The position numbers were made by a program, and so were the translations under genes. Of a stretch of DNA of 64,000 nt, positions 25,435 to 36,972 are shown piece by piece. Within the stretch, counting starts at the first letter, position 1. Every line of letters begins with the position of its first letter. Origin of the DNA: Octopus sinensis (lineage: Eukaryota); contig NC_042998.1 in NCBI RefSeq assembly GCF_006345805.1, positions 7,440,001-7,504,000 on the forward strand. Direction: 5' to 3'. The notes below the pieces were generated by a model. It had not been told where the DNA came from and ran no database searches. It worked only from the letters and a program-made list of their open reading frames with translations.

Positions 25435-26960
25435 TTACACAGCACAATCATTCTGTTGATGCCTCAGATGACTTTTAAGACCAGCTGCTGACTGACAGGG
25501 TTTAAAACACAAGTGACAGATATTATTCAAGCTTCTTCTACATCTTTGCCCTTTGGAATCTGATTCTGCAGGAATGTTTTTGTGTACTAGTATATGTCTT
25601 TTAAGTCCAGATATCGTCCTACAAGTTTTCTGATATATGACACAAGTCGTAAGACGTGGTTGGGGTTCATGTGATTCACATATCCTGCTTTTGACAACAG
25701 AACACGATGGCACACAAAACATATCCACTGTTGATTTCAGTTCTAATTGTTTCTTTCAACATCTCACAAGCTCAGAGTGATGAATCATCTTCTCTTCCCA
25801 GCCATTGCAACCAGCCCTAACAGCACTTCTCCACTTGTTCCAATGCAGAGCATCAGTTTCCCAATCACTTATGTTCACATCTAGTTTCGTCAGGTTTTCC
25901 TTCAGACAGTCTTTATACCTTTTCCTTGGCTTATGTTGTGGTTACTTACCAGAGTTGAGCTCACCATAAAAAAGGTGCTTCGGCAATTGCTCATCATTCA
26001 TTCGAATAACATGTCCAACCCATCTTATTTGAGCCAAGATGACATGTTCAATTGAGATACAACGGGTCATGTGCAAAACATTTTTTATCTGGTATTAAAC
26101 ATTCCCACTTGACTCCTAAGATACGTCTGATGTACTTTCGGTGAAATCTCTCCAACATTTTTTTATGATGCCTGAGAGTGGGTCACGTCTTACTTGAATA
26201 AAAAGTGCAGTCAATACACTGATTTTTGTCTGCAAGGAAATACCTCTATCCACCCATACTCACTTTTCTAGCTTTCCAAATACAACACTTCCCATCACTA
26301 TTCGATAGAATATCTCTGCATCAAGGCCATCTCTTGACAGTATACTTCCAAGGCAAACAAAAATGTCAGTGATTTCTAACCTTGTTCCATTCACAAAAAC
26401 GTTTGGTTCAGAATGTTTATCCTGGTGTGGAAGCAAACATTACTTCAATTTTCCCCAAGACTTAATTGTGAGTCTAAAATGTACACATGCAGTGGAAAAT
26501 CTGTCCATTATATGTTGCATATCCTCCTCTGAGTGTGCTTACAAATCAACATCAGAGTAAAGAAATTCTTTGACTCGTGTTCTGAAAGTCTTCGCTTTAT
26601 AGGTAAACTGGGTAATATTAAAAATGCAACCAGATGTCTGAAATCTGATTTCCCTATTGCAATCCTTGAAAGCATACCAAAGCAATGAAGCAAAATAAGT
26701 AGAGGAAATAGCAGAGCCAGGAATATCTCACTGTTTGACACCAATGTCGAATCAAAAATTTGTGAGACAGTTCACCATTAAAGACTACCTGAGCTTTCAT
26801 GCTTCTTTGTAGTTCCTCAAAGATGTGTAGAAGATGTTTTTGGCAACCAAGCAAACACAAAACGATCCACAGTGCCTCGTTTATTGTGTGCCTCATTTAA
26901 ATCTATGAAAACCAAGTAATTGTTCCTCTAAGCATTTCTCCTAAACCTGCCTTCCAGAAA
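25435..26960 (-). pseudogene. Degenerate RTE (BovB-like) LINE with C-terminal C2H2 zinc fingers
   Basis: Minus-strand remnants WVGHVIRMNDEQLPKHLFYGEL, KPRKRYKDCLKENL, CHLCFKPCQSAAGLKSHLRH; frameshifted. Confidence 0.75.
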
Positions 26961-27356
26961 ATGTATAGGAATGCATCACTAAACACATGTATGTACATGT
27001 GTGCACATATGTGTGCATGTATAGAAATCAAGACAAAATAAAACACAAAATAAAGTCCCCTGAACCATGTTTGTGAATGGATCCATCAAACCTGTCCACT
27101 GTAGATAGGGGGCATAAAACAATGATTATATGTAATTGGCTTGAAAATTGTTATGATACTTGGATATTTTCCTACTCTTAACATGAAACCAATTGTAGCC
27201 TTAATTGACAAATAATTTTATATACATATATATGTATATATATATACAAAAAATTCAGGGTGAATACTTGATAACAGTAAGCACCCGTATACGCCAGTTA
27301 GTGGTGTAGGTGGTAGGGTATATTTATCAAAAGAAAAACAGGATGCAAAGGATTTA

Positions 27357-27443
27357 GCGGTACATATGTTTCCGGCTTTATTGGACAGTTTATATCAACG
27401 CATAATTGATGTAATATGTATGTCAATAGCCTTCTTCAGCCGC
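27357..27443 (-). ncRNA. Type I hammerhead motif with extended stem II
   Basis: GCGG-CUGAAGA-AGGCU-AUUGACA..UGUCCAAU-AAAGCCG-GAAA-CAUAUG-UA-CCGC; palindromic stem III ACAUAUGU. Confidence 0.7.
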
Positions 27444-27684
27444 ACACAATTACCACACCAAAAATATGTATTACATTATAAGTTTGGGAAGCAAATCCTC
27501 ATAGTCGCATACAGCAGAGCGAGACACCAAAACAAAAACAAAGTGTCCATACCGTCTTTCACTTGATGAAAGATGGTATGGACGATTTGTTTTTGTTTTG
27601 GTGTCTCGCTCTGCTGTATGCAACTATGAGGATTTGCTTCCCAAACTTATAATGTAATACATGTCTTCGGTGTGGTAATTGTGT

Positions 27685-27771
27685 GCAGCTGAAGAAGGCT
27701 ATTGACATACATATTACATCAATTATGCATTGATATAAACTGTCTAATAAAGCCAGAAACTTATGTACCGC
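27685..27771 (+). ncRNA. Second, more decayed hammerhead copy
   Basis: GCAG-CUGAAGA-AGGCU..AGCCA-GAAA-CUUAUG-UA-CCGC. Confidence 0.55.
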
Positions 27772-27814
27772 TAAATCCTTTGCATCCTGTTTTTCTTTTG
27801 ATAAATATATATAT

Positions 27815-28197
27815 AGGCACAGGAGTGGTTGTGTGGTAAGAAGCTTGATTCCAAACCACATGGTTCCAGGGTCAGTCCCACTGCATGCCACCTTGGGCAA
27901 GTCTCTTCTAATATAGCCTTGGGCCAACCAAAGCCTTGTGAGTGGATTTGGTAGAGGGAAACTGAAAGAAACCCGTTGTATATCTTGTGTGTGTGTGTAT
28001 GTATTTGTCCCACCCTGCCACCATTGCTTGACAACTGATGTTGCTGTGTTTACATTCCTGTAACTTAGCAGTTCAAGAAAAGAGACCAATAGAATAAGTG
28101 CCAGGCTTACAAAGAATAAGTTCTGGGGTCAACTTAGTCAACTAAAAGGCAGTACTCTAGCATGGCTGCAGTCAAATGGCTGAAACAAGTTAAAGAA
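27815..28197 (+). mobile_element. SINE family A (decayed)
   Basis: Colinear with 46808-47210. Confidence 0.85.
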
Positions 28198-28234
28198 TAT
28201 GTATAAATATAAAAATGAATATATATATATATGA

Positions 28235-28932
28235 GGACAGCTGTGTGAAAAAGTGTCACACCCTAGAAGTTGAGGGATCCTGTGGAAGAGGTAGACCCAG
28301 GAAGACCTGGGATGAGGTGCTGAAGCACGACCTCTGAACATTGGGCCTCACTGAGGCAATGACAATTGACCAAGACCTTTGGAGATATGCTGCACTTGAG
28401 AAGACCCAGCAAGCCAAGTGGGACCATAACCATGGCCTATGCCAGTGCTGTATAGTCAGCCCATTTAAGAGTACTCTTCAATCATTGGACAATAAACTAT
28501 GCTTGCGAAGACCTGTTGAGGCAAGTGAAATCGTTGTCGTGGCTGATTGGCACCCATGTCAGTGGAATGTTAAAAGCACCATTTGAGCGTGATCATTGCC
28601 AGTGTTGCCTGACCAACTCCTGTGCCTGTGGAACGAAAAAAAAAACACCATTCAAGTGTGGTTGTTGCCAGTACTGATGGACTGGCCCCTGTGCAAGTGG
28701 CACATAAAAAGCACCATTTAAGTATGTTCAATACCAGTACTACCTGAATGGCCCTCGTGCCGGTGGCACGTAAAAGCACCCACTACACTCTTGGAGTGGT
28801 TGGTGGAGAAACTTTGCCAGATCAGATTGGAGCCTGGTGCAGCCTTCTGGCTCGCCAGCCCGCAGTCAAACCATCCAACACATGTCAGCATGGAAAGCAG
28901 ACATTAAATGAGAATGGTGATGATGATGATGA
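28235..28932 (+). mobile_element. RTE LINE 3' end
   Basis: Encodes DSCVKKCHTLEVEGSCGRGRPRKTWDEVLKHD, then a 3' UTR with ggcacgtaaaagcacc repeats and a (gat)n tail. Confidence 0.8.
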
Positions 28933-29005
28933 TATATATATTCAAGAACAAAATTAAACTGGCAATTCAATTCCAAAATTTTCACATTACACCATAAATT
29001 ACATA

Positions 29006-29065
29006 ATCTATACATGTTTCACTTACATATACTATTATGCCACGAGTTAGTCTCATCAGATGGGT
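29006..29065 (-). ncRNA. Degenerate hammerhead motif
   Basis: CUGAUGA-G-ACUAAC..GUAAGU-GAAA-CAUG-UA; stem I is decayed. Confidence 0.4.
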
Positions 29066-29979
29066 ACATAACCACCTTATAATGCCAGATCAGAAGAAAA
29101 GAAAGGAACTTCATCCATTGTTCGTTACTAACGTCGGTGTGTGTGTGTGTGTATCATTTAATGTCTGTATTCAATGCTGGCATGGGTTGGATGGTTTGAC
29201 AGAGACTGGTTAGACAGAAGACTGCACTGGACTTCACTGTCTGTTTTAGCAGGGTTTTTAGCACTGGTGCTAACATTTGTAAGTAATAAGCTATTTATAA
29301 CAGTCTATATTTTTCAATTTTGATGCAGTAGGACCATTTGTATTTTCGCCTCTTCAATGTAATTGGTTCTACTGAGTAATTCATTGAAAAAGTTGGATGT
29401 CTAATTAAAAATATGTTCAAAGAAGAATTTTACAAAAAGTTTTCAACAAAATTCTTGCACTTTATCACAGCAAATAATTTCTAAAATGAGGTATTTGTCT
29501 TTGCAATGTTACAGAGTTCATATGAGAGTGACCTCTCAGCGACAGGATTCTAATGAAAACAATGGGTTTCTCACTTCCAGTGGTCATAAGATACAAGATC
29601 TGAATTTTTGACATTGCACTATAGTTAGATATTTGATGCTGCTGCCTTGAGTATATCCTTCTTTCAGGTGTCTCTGGTTTTGTCTGGTGTTTCTAGTAAT
29701 CCTCCTCACCTGGCTAGACTCGTGTGCATGCTGGTTTAGTCACCACCCATTCAACATGTATTGGATTCTATGTCAACAGTAATGCTTCTTCATATTAAAA
29801 AGAAGTCCATTGTAACTTCATCTATTGATAAACATTTTTATTGGCTCCTTGAAACCCATGAAGTTTGCAATGTAGTCTGGACAGGTAGATTTTATTCAAA
29901 AAGAAAAAAAACATTGTGTTTAGTTTTACTTCTTACCTAGCCTACTTCCTACTTAAAGTACTTAACAGTATTAATGATA

Positions 29980-30320
29980 TGGTAACTGTGCCATAATTCT
30001 TTACAGAACCTTTTTTTCATCATTAAGCAATTACTTAAAAGGCAAACAGTAAAAGGTAAGCTTTGATTGAACAATAACTCACTTGTCCAGAGATAAAATC
30101 AAGTTGGTTACATTTGGAGGTAGGAAAGCTACTTGAACATTATCAATCATATCATTTATGTTAGGTGTATAACTAGAAGCATTGTTCACAAGAAAAAGAT
30201 TTGTTTTCAAGACTGACAATACTCTTTCTGGCTGTTGGGCAAAAACACAAAATAAGCCCATCTTGAAATACTGTTCTAGTGATCCACTCCTTTTTATTTG
30301 ATCATTATGTAACAAAAGAT
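29980..30320 (-). pseudogene. pogo/Tigger (DDE_1) transposase fragment
   Basis: LFLVNNASSY..NVQVAFLPPNVTNLILSLDK matches the LLLLDNA..H / FLPPNTTS.IQPLDQG motifs. Confidence 0.65.
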
Positions 30321-30411
30321 CTCATAGCAACTTGTGTCCTACAATGATAAACATATGTAACAGGAGCTCTCAAATCATTACCACTAAGTATGTGAGTAAT
30401 ACTGTCGTTAA

Positions 30412-30626
30412 CCCTTTTCATACCAACCTATTTGAAACCATCTCTGGTTCTGTAGTACAAATGCCTTGTTTTCAAAAGTTCTGAATTAAAATCTTCCAAA
30501 CCTTAGCCACAATTTATGTTCCTAACACTAGCTTAATGATAAAGAATTTAGTAAAATAACTTGGTTGTTATATTTAAAATTAAAAGAAACACAAAGTATC
30601 TCAACAAAAATTTGATAACAAAAGGG
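30412..30626. mobile_element. piggyBac-type MITE
   Basis: TTAA|CCCTTTT ... AAAAGGG|TTAA termini. Confidence 0.7.
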
Positions 30627-30671
30627 TTAATTGCTTTCAACTCCAGTCTACCTTTTTCCCTTTCATAAAAA

Positions 30672-30906
30672 GGCAGGTTCATTTTAGCACTCATTTCCAA
30701 AACCCACCTGTTAAATGTGCATTTGCAGTGGTGTGTATCATCCTTTGTAAATATTTTTTCAGTATGATTAGACAAGCTGCTGCAACTTCTGTTAGCAGCT
30801 GCTTGTCTAATCATACTGAAAAAATATTTACAAAGGATGATACACACCACAGCAAATGCACATTAAACAGGTGGGTTTTGGAAATGAGTGCTAAAATGAA
30901 CCTGCC
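30672..30906. repeat. Near-perfect palindrome (115-bp arms, 4-nt loop)
   Basis: Arms differ by three substitutions and one indel. Confidence 0.95.
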
Positions 30907-30939
30907 AGTTAGCAGTTAGTGATGCATCTGAAGTTTGTA

Positions 30940-31419
30940 CTGTAAATCCTCGAGTATAATCCACATTTTTTCCCCAAAATTTAAAGGTCAAAATCCCTAG
31001 TGCGTATTATACATGAGGTTAAAAATGAAAATTATTTTCTAAGCAATGTCCGAATCTCTATTTGCTGTCCGGCAATGTTTATTCAGATGCATTTTGTGAT
31101 GTTGGGTGCGAAAATACCTTAAATCATCCATAACTTGCAGTAAGCAACATTTATTAAACGTTATTACTGTTATTTCTTTATTTTCTACAAACAAAAGGCA
31201 CAAAAAAGCTACACGTTTTCATTATGTTATATATACAATAATAATAAAGGGCGTTACCGTATACATTTTTACAAACCAAGGACGCTATATAGAGCTCCTT
31301 GACTTAAGTTAGAGAAGGGGTGCATATTATACACAAGGTTTAGGTTTTTCAGAAGTACAGCCCCCTAAAAATCCCCTGCGTATTATACTCAAGGCCGGAC
31401 TATACTCGAGGATTTACGG
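30940..31419. mobile_element. Tc1/mariner-superfamily MITE (CCGTA-type ends, TA TSD)
   Basis: TA|ctgtaaatcctcgagtataatcc ... ggactatactcgaggatttacgg|TA. Confidence 0.85.
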
Positions 31420-32273
31420 TATGTTACGCAATTTTGAACAATTCACAAAACACTGAAACGAACCATAACTTGCACAAGTTTACATATTCAACAAGAGAAC
31501 ACCATTTAAAATTATTAAATAGACTTAAATCTTTCATTTGTAAGGAAAGTAGGGAAATGGAGAAATGCGCTGATTCATGTTCTGTTATTTAAAAGTCTTT
31601 CCACATTTTTCCATTATGTTGAATTTATAGCTGATGCATAAATAGTAATTTTTCAGGCAATATTGCAAGTTGTTCATACAATTGCTGACAGCAGACCAAG
31701 AGCTTGTTTAATAGCTCCAGCTGACCAAAACACTTGCAATTTAGTTTCTAATATGCCGACTGACAGCAGCCATGCACAGTACATGTTTGACCATCGTTGC
31801 AACAAGGATGAATCAAGAAAAATTTGCAAAGAGGAAATTGTAAGGAACGCCTGTTATCATTCAGTTTAAAAATCAAACACAAAAACTGTATGATGCACCT
31901 GCTGTACAAGTACCAGACCGCTTAGCCATCTTTCAACGAATTGGCTAGTTTTCAAGCCTTTGTTTTATCTTCAGTAGCCATCTTAACAGATCTCCACTTG
32001 ACTGCTTTGTTTTATCTTCATGACGCATCTGTTAAACATCAGTTTCAATAGGACAGCTGCTGTATACATTTGTATTCTACCATTAGGTAATTATCTTAAT
32101 TTATTATATTTTTAATTTTATATCATGTCCGGAGATTAACAGAAAAGTGTTTTGCAAGAGAAAAATTGAAAACATTTTTCACACCATTGAAGATAAGTAG
32201 AATAACATATTTCAAAGTGGGTTGACAAAGATCAGACAGACTGCTTTAGATGTGTATTACTCTGCACCTGTGT

Positions 32274-32632
32274 GGAGGCACAACAGCCCAGTGGTTAGGG
32301 CAGCGGACTCGTGGTTTTAGGATCGCGGTTTCGATTCCCAGACCAGGCGTTGTGAGTGTTTATTGAGCAAAAACACCTAAAGTTCCATGAGGGTCGGGGT
32401 AGGGATGGAAGTACTCTTTCACCACAACTTTCTCTCTCACACTTTTTCCCTGTTTCTCTTGTACCTGTATTTCAAAAGGGCCAGCCTTGTCACACTCTGT
32501 GTCACACTGAATCTCCCTGAGAACTACGTTAAGGGTGCACATGTCTGTGGGGTGCTCAGCCACTTGCACATTAATTTCATGAGCAGGCTGTTCCGTTGAT
32601 CAGATCAACTAGAACACCCATCATTGTAACTG
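32274..32632 (+). mobile_element. tRNA-derived SINE family C
   Basis: Head gcccagtggttagggcagcggactcg..ggtttcgattccc (box A/B-like); related copies at 37648 and 53415. Confidence 0.75.
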
Positions 32633-33149
32633 ATCTACACAAGTGCAGGGAAGACAAAGATACACAATGGTACAATGGTCACCCTCGCTGGTTTCAGAGT
32701 GACCAGCCAGTAATGTGTTAATCTGTGTGAGGACAAAGAGGTCTGATTACTGGATGCCTGTAGGTATGGCACATGAAGAGAAAATAATTTCATCTATTTA
32801 TCATCCAAACAAAATTTGTCTAGTTTTGTGATAATACTAAGTTCTGAACTAGGTTTGCAAACTTTGCTGAAGCTAAATGGTTCTTTGTCTGATTGTCATT
32901 TATAAAAGCAGAGGAACAAAACCAATGAAAGAGGATTATAATGAACACCATAAAATCAAGGAATATTGGGGACGATTTTGTACTCAGAAATGGGAATAAT
33001 GAAACAATGTTGAGAGTAAAGGACAGTTACACCGAAAAAAAACCCCAAAAAACTGTGAAATGGGAAAGTACAAAAAAAAAGGGTTAAAATAGAAAAAAGA
33101 AAATTGTAGCCCATTACTAATGAAAAACACACCTTACATGTTTTAATTA

Positions 33150-33839
33150 TATATTTGATGGCCTATAAGACGCACCTTTTTTACCCAAAAATGGTTTTTA
33201 AAATACTGTGTCCAATGGACTCAATGTAGGCTCAAAACTCGCTCAGAACGTATGTATGTTTACAAAACATGTGCTGCCATCTATCGGTGAACAATCGCTT
33301 ATGTTATGTTTATATCGAATGTGGATGCAATGAATTGCTTATAATGACCAGTAATAACATAAGGTTATACAGGTAAGTGGAATAATTAAAACACAATTTT
33401 AGTGGTAACTAGCAGTATCGCCCGGCGTTGCTCAGGTTTGTAAGGGAAATAACTATAAAGCATTTTTAGAGAGTTATAGCCAAAAATTAGCAAAAAAATG
33501 GAAAAAAATGATGGTAAATTTTTTTTTTGAGATTTAAAAAGGTGGAGTTGCGTCCCCTAGACAGTTTGTGGTTCGTGTTTCTGATTCTCGACCCCATGTC
33601 GAATTTATCGATTTTTTTCAGAACTGGGGGAACTTTTCAAAATTTTAGCTGCGTTAGTTTTGAATTATGACATTGGGCTATGTGTGTGTCAAGTTTCATC
33701 AGAATCGGTTGAAAGCTGTGGTCAGGGTGAGGGTACAAGCAAACAGACACACAGACAAACTGCCGTTTATATAGAGAGAGATTTATTTTACAAAAGAATA
33801 GCTTAGGCTAAGGTGCATCCTATAGGCCAACAAATATAG
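33150..33839. mobile_element. Decayed CCGTA-type MITE with a nested Helitron
   Basis: tatatttgatggcctataagacgcacctt / aaggtgcatcctataggccaacaaatata inverted termini. Confidence 0.6.
33409..33781 (-). mobile_element. Non-autonomous Helitron
   Basis: On the minus strand A|TC start and gcaacgccgggcgatactgCTAG|T end, no TSD. Confidence 0.8.
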
Positions 33840-33983
33840 TAATTTTGAAGATATTAAAAACAGAGATTAAGTTGATTATATTTTTCCTTTATTGAATATT
33901 ATAGAAAGCTGGTGCTTGGAAAATAAAAATACTGCAGAGAACTGCAGAGAAATATGATGAAATGCTTCAAGTATAAATAGTCG

Positions 33984-34616
33984 AAGATCGTCAGCTATAG
34001 GCGTTACGCCCCTCCAAGATCGTCAGCTATAGGCGTTGTGCCTCTCCAAGATCGTCAGCTATAGGCGTTGTGTCTCTCCAAGATTGTCAGCTATAGGCGT
34101 TACGCCCCTCCAAGATCGTCAGCTATAGGCGTTACGCCCCTCCAAGATCGTCAGCTATAGGCGTTACGCCACTCCAAGATCGTCAGCTATAGGCGTTACG
34201 CCACTCCAAGATCGTCAGCTATAGGTGTTATGCCCCTCCAAGATCGTCAGCTGTAGGCGTTACGCCTCTCCAAGATCGTCAGCTATAGGCGTTACGCCAC
34301 TCCAAGATCGTCAGCTATAGGCGTTGTGCCTCTCCAAGATCGTCAGCTATAGGCGTTACGCCCCTCCAAGATCGTCAGCTATAGGCGTTGTGCCTCTCCA
34401 AGATTGTCAGCTATAGGCGTTACGCCCCTCCAAGATCGTCAGCTATAGGCGTTATGCCCCTCCAAGATCGTCAGCTATAGGCGTTATGCCTCTCCAAGAT
34501 CGTCAGCTATAGGCGTTGTGCCTCTACAATATCGTCAGCTATAGGCGTTGTGCCTCTCCAATATCGTCAGCTATAGGCGTTATGCCTCTCTAAGATCGTC
34601 ATCTATAGGCATTACG
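33984..34616. repeat. 32-bp tandem array, about 20 units
   Basis: Consensus AAGATCGTCAGCTATAGGCGTTACGCCNCTCC; starts at 33984, 34016, 34048 etc. Confidence 0.97.
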
Positions 34617-34964
34617 TGTTTATATTAACTTTTCAACTCTAGGTATTAAACGTCTAATGACACTTGGCTCAGAAAAGTGCATTTCTGATCTTATTTACAT
34701 AATTACCTTTCCAATTACATTGAAAAGATTTGTGTTGTGATAATTTAGATTCCTGTAGAAACTGCCTTCCATAACTTCACACATTGCAATTGCAGACATA
34801 AGATATATGGACCTTTATTGCAATTATGCAAGGGTTAACATATAGTGTGGTACCTATTTACCTACGGATAGGTGCACGCAGACAGCTAGATATACGAGAG
34901 ACAGAGGGATGATAGATAATCATTTAACATCAATTTTCCATACTGGCATGGGATGGACAATTTG

Positions 34965-35184
34965 TCAAGTGATGTTGAGGAGGAAAAACACAGACACACA
35001 AACATACACACACAAACATATATATGCACATACATACAACATGCTTCTTTTCAGTTTCTGTCTACCAAATCCACTCACAAGGCTTTGGTGGGCCTGAGGC
35101 TTTAGTGTGCCACACAGTGGGAATGAACCCGGAACCATATGGTTGGTAAGCAAGCTACTTACCACACAGCCACTCCTGCGCCTA
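34965..35184 (-). mobile_element. SINE family A (internally deleted)
   Basis: Ends cagccactcctgcgcct, the reverse complement of the head. Confidence 0.8.
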
Positions 35185-36076
35185 TAAATATTTTTAATTT
35201 AAAAAGATCTTCAAAGTATCTGTTCATGGAAAGTAAATCCAGTAAATACCATCATATACCATTTGTTTAAAAAAAAACTTCCCTTAAAATATTCATTAAC
35301 CAAATTGTAAGAAAAAGTTCTAACAATTACTAACAATAAAAAGAAATTTGAAAAATTCTTTAATGATTGGAATCAAGGCAGATGTGATTTCTCATTCTCA
35401 AACATTAACTGATATCAAGTCCGTCTGACAGCCATCGAAAATATTAAGAGATGAAACCAGTTTTTTCGTCATAAAGACATGTTATAAAAGTGTTGTTGCT
35501 ATTGTTGTTGGTCATTCAATTTTTGTATTATTGTTTTGTTTGAGTGAGGTGAGAGGTGATTTTGTCAGATTGATTCGAATTTGTTAAATCAAAAGATTGA
35601 AGGTAAATTTTCATCATTTTGCTGTCCAACAAACCATTTTCGTTTTCCAGCAGTAATTAACTTTTACTGACCTTAAACCTTCTGTTTGGCCAACTCTTTA
35701 GCTTTCAGTTCTGTTATCATTGTTAACCACTAATTAATTATCAATGATACCAGAGTTCAAAATGCTAGAAATGCAGTGAAATCTCCCTATAATCTACAGT
35801 ATTCCATCTTAACCCTTTTAATCCGGAAATCAGATATATCCACTCAAAATTTCATTATCCTTAACTACTGAAAGCAGTTTTATATACCAATGTGTCTTTT
35901 GAAGAGGAATATGATGTTTGAAACTATTTTATCGAATTATGTCAATTTGGATGTACATGACATGCAGTAAATATAATACTAATCCTCAATAGAATATATT
36001 TTAAAAAAGAAAAATAAGATATGCTAATGATATAATTTAGTTATTACATACATAGCAAAAAAACACTAAAATGCTA

Positions 36077-36467
36077 TCTTTATATATAAAAGTGAGGTTG
36101 TGTGCTGTCTGTCTCCTACGATTTAGATTCCTAACTACTCCCACATTTTGCGGTGCAGTTTAACCAAAAGCGGGTATCTTAGTCGTGATTCATATCGAGC
36201 CCTTTTGGGTATTAGCGCGCGTCTACGATGAGTCTACGATTTAAAAAAAAAATTACCATCAATTTTTTCCATTTTTTAATGCATTTTTGGCATATATAAG
36301 GGAAGTAACTCTCTAAAAATTTATTAAATCTCAGAACGTAAAAAGCTACAGTAACACCCCCCTTTGTGGTTAACCATATTGAGATGGCTATTATACTTTA
36401 CATCTCTAAAAATGCTTATATAGTTATTTCTCTTACAAACCGGAGCAACGCCGGGCGATACTGCTAG
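36077..36467 (+). mobile_element. Non-autonomous Helitron
   Basis: A|TCTTTATATATAAAAGTGAGG start and gcaacgccgggcgatactgCTAG end; same family as 58318. Confidence 0.8.
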
Positions 36468-36972
36468 ATAAAATAGAAATAAAATTTTAAAATTTATTCT
36501 GTGCAGCACGGTATCAAATGATCCATAGCTGAATGGTTGGAGTTCCCTCATCTAAAATGGTTCAGTATGCTTGAGGATAGTGGAAAATATAGCAAATCGG
36601 AATTATAAAAATTTCCTACCATTCTAACATCAGCACAATTATAATCCATTTCCCGAGTAATTAGCATAAATGAAGTACAGATACAAAATTCAAAATGGAA
36701 CAGCAACGGAAATCAAGACAAGGGAAATAACTCTTGCTGATCGTTCAGATTTGTCAAAAGTTATTTATCTTGAAAATAGCTATTTTTTCTTCTTGTTTTG
36801 CTTCGTTTTTACCCTTTAGGCATGGGTATTGTTTTACTTGAAGCAGGCAGCATGAAACCTGGCTCATCGTCAAGCGAGCCGCAAAGAGAGAGAGAGAGAG
36901 AGAAAAAGATTCAGGTAATTCTTCGTTTAGAGTGTCATTCTTGGCGGGCTGCAGTTTGCCCATAACTATATT

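Larger units (their letters stand above)
27319..27811. repeat. Large fold-back palindrome (about 243-bp arms, 5-nt loop) with a hammerhead in each arm
   Basis: Arms 27319-27561 and 27567-27811; also visible as near-identical peptides on opposite strands in the ORF track. Confidence 0.92.

Noticed and set aside
29668-32087. Candidate plus-strand exons (29668-29883, 31657-32087)
   Set aside because: Splice-like motifs only, with no recognisable peptide; cannot be supported without RNA data.
32274-32350. tRNA genes (also near 37648 and 52500)
   Set aside because: tRNA-like SINE heads that run into repeat bodies; no complete acceptor stem or terminator.
33984-34616. CRISPR array
   Set aside because: Units are head-to-tail with no unique spacers, no cas genes, and the context is eukaryotic.
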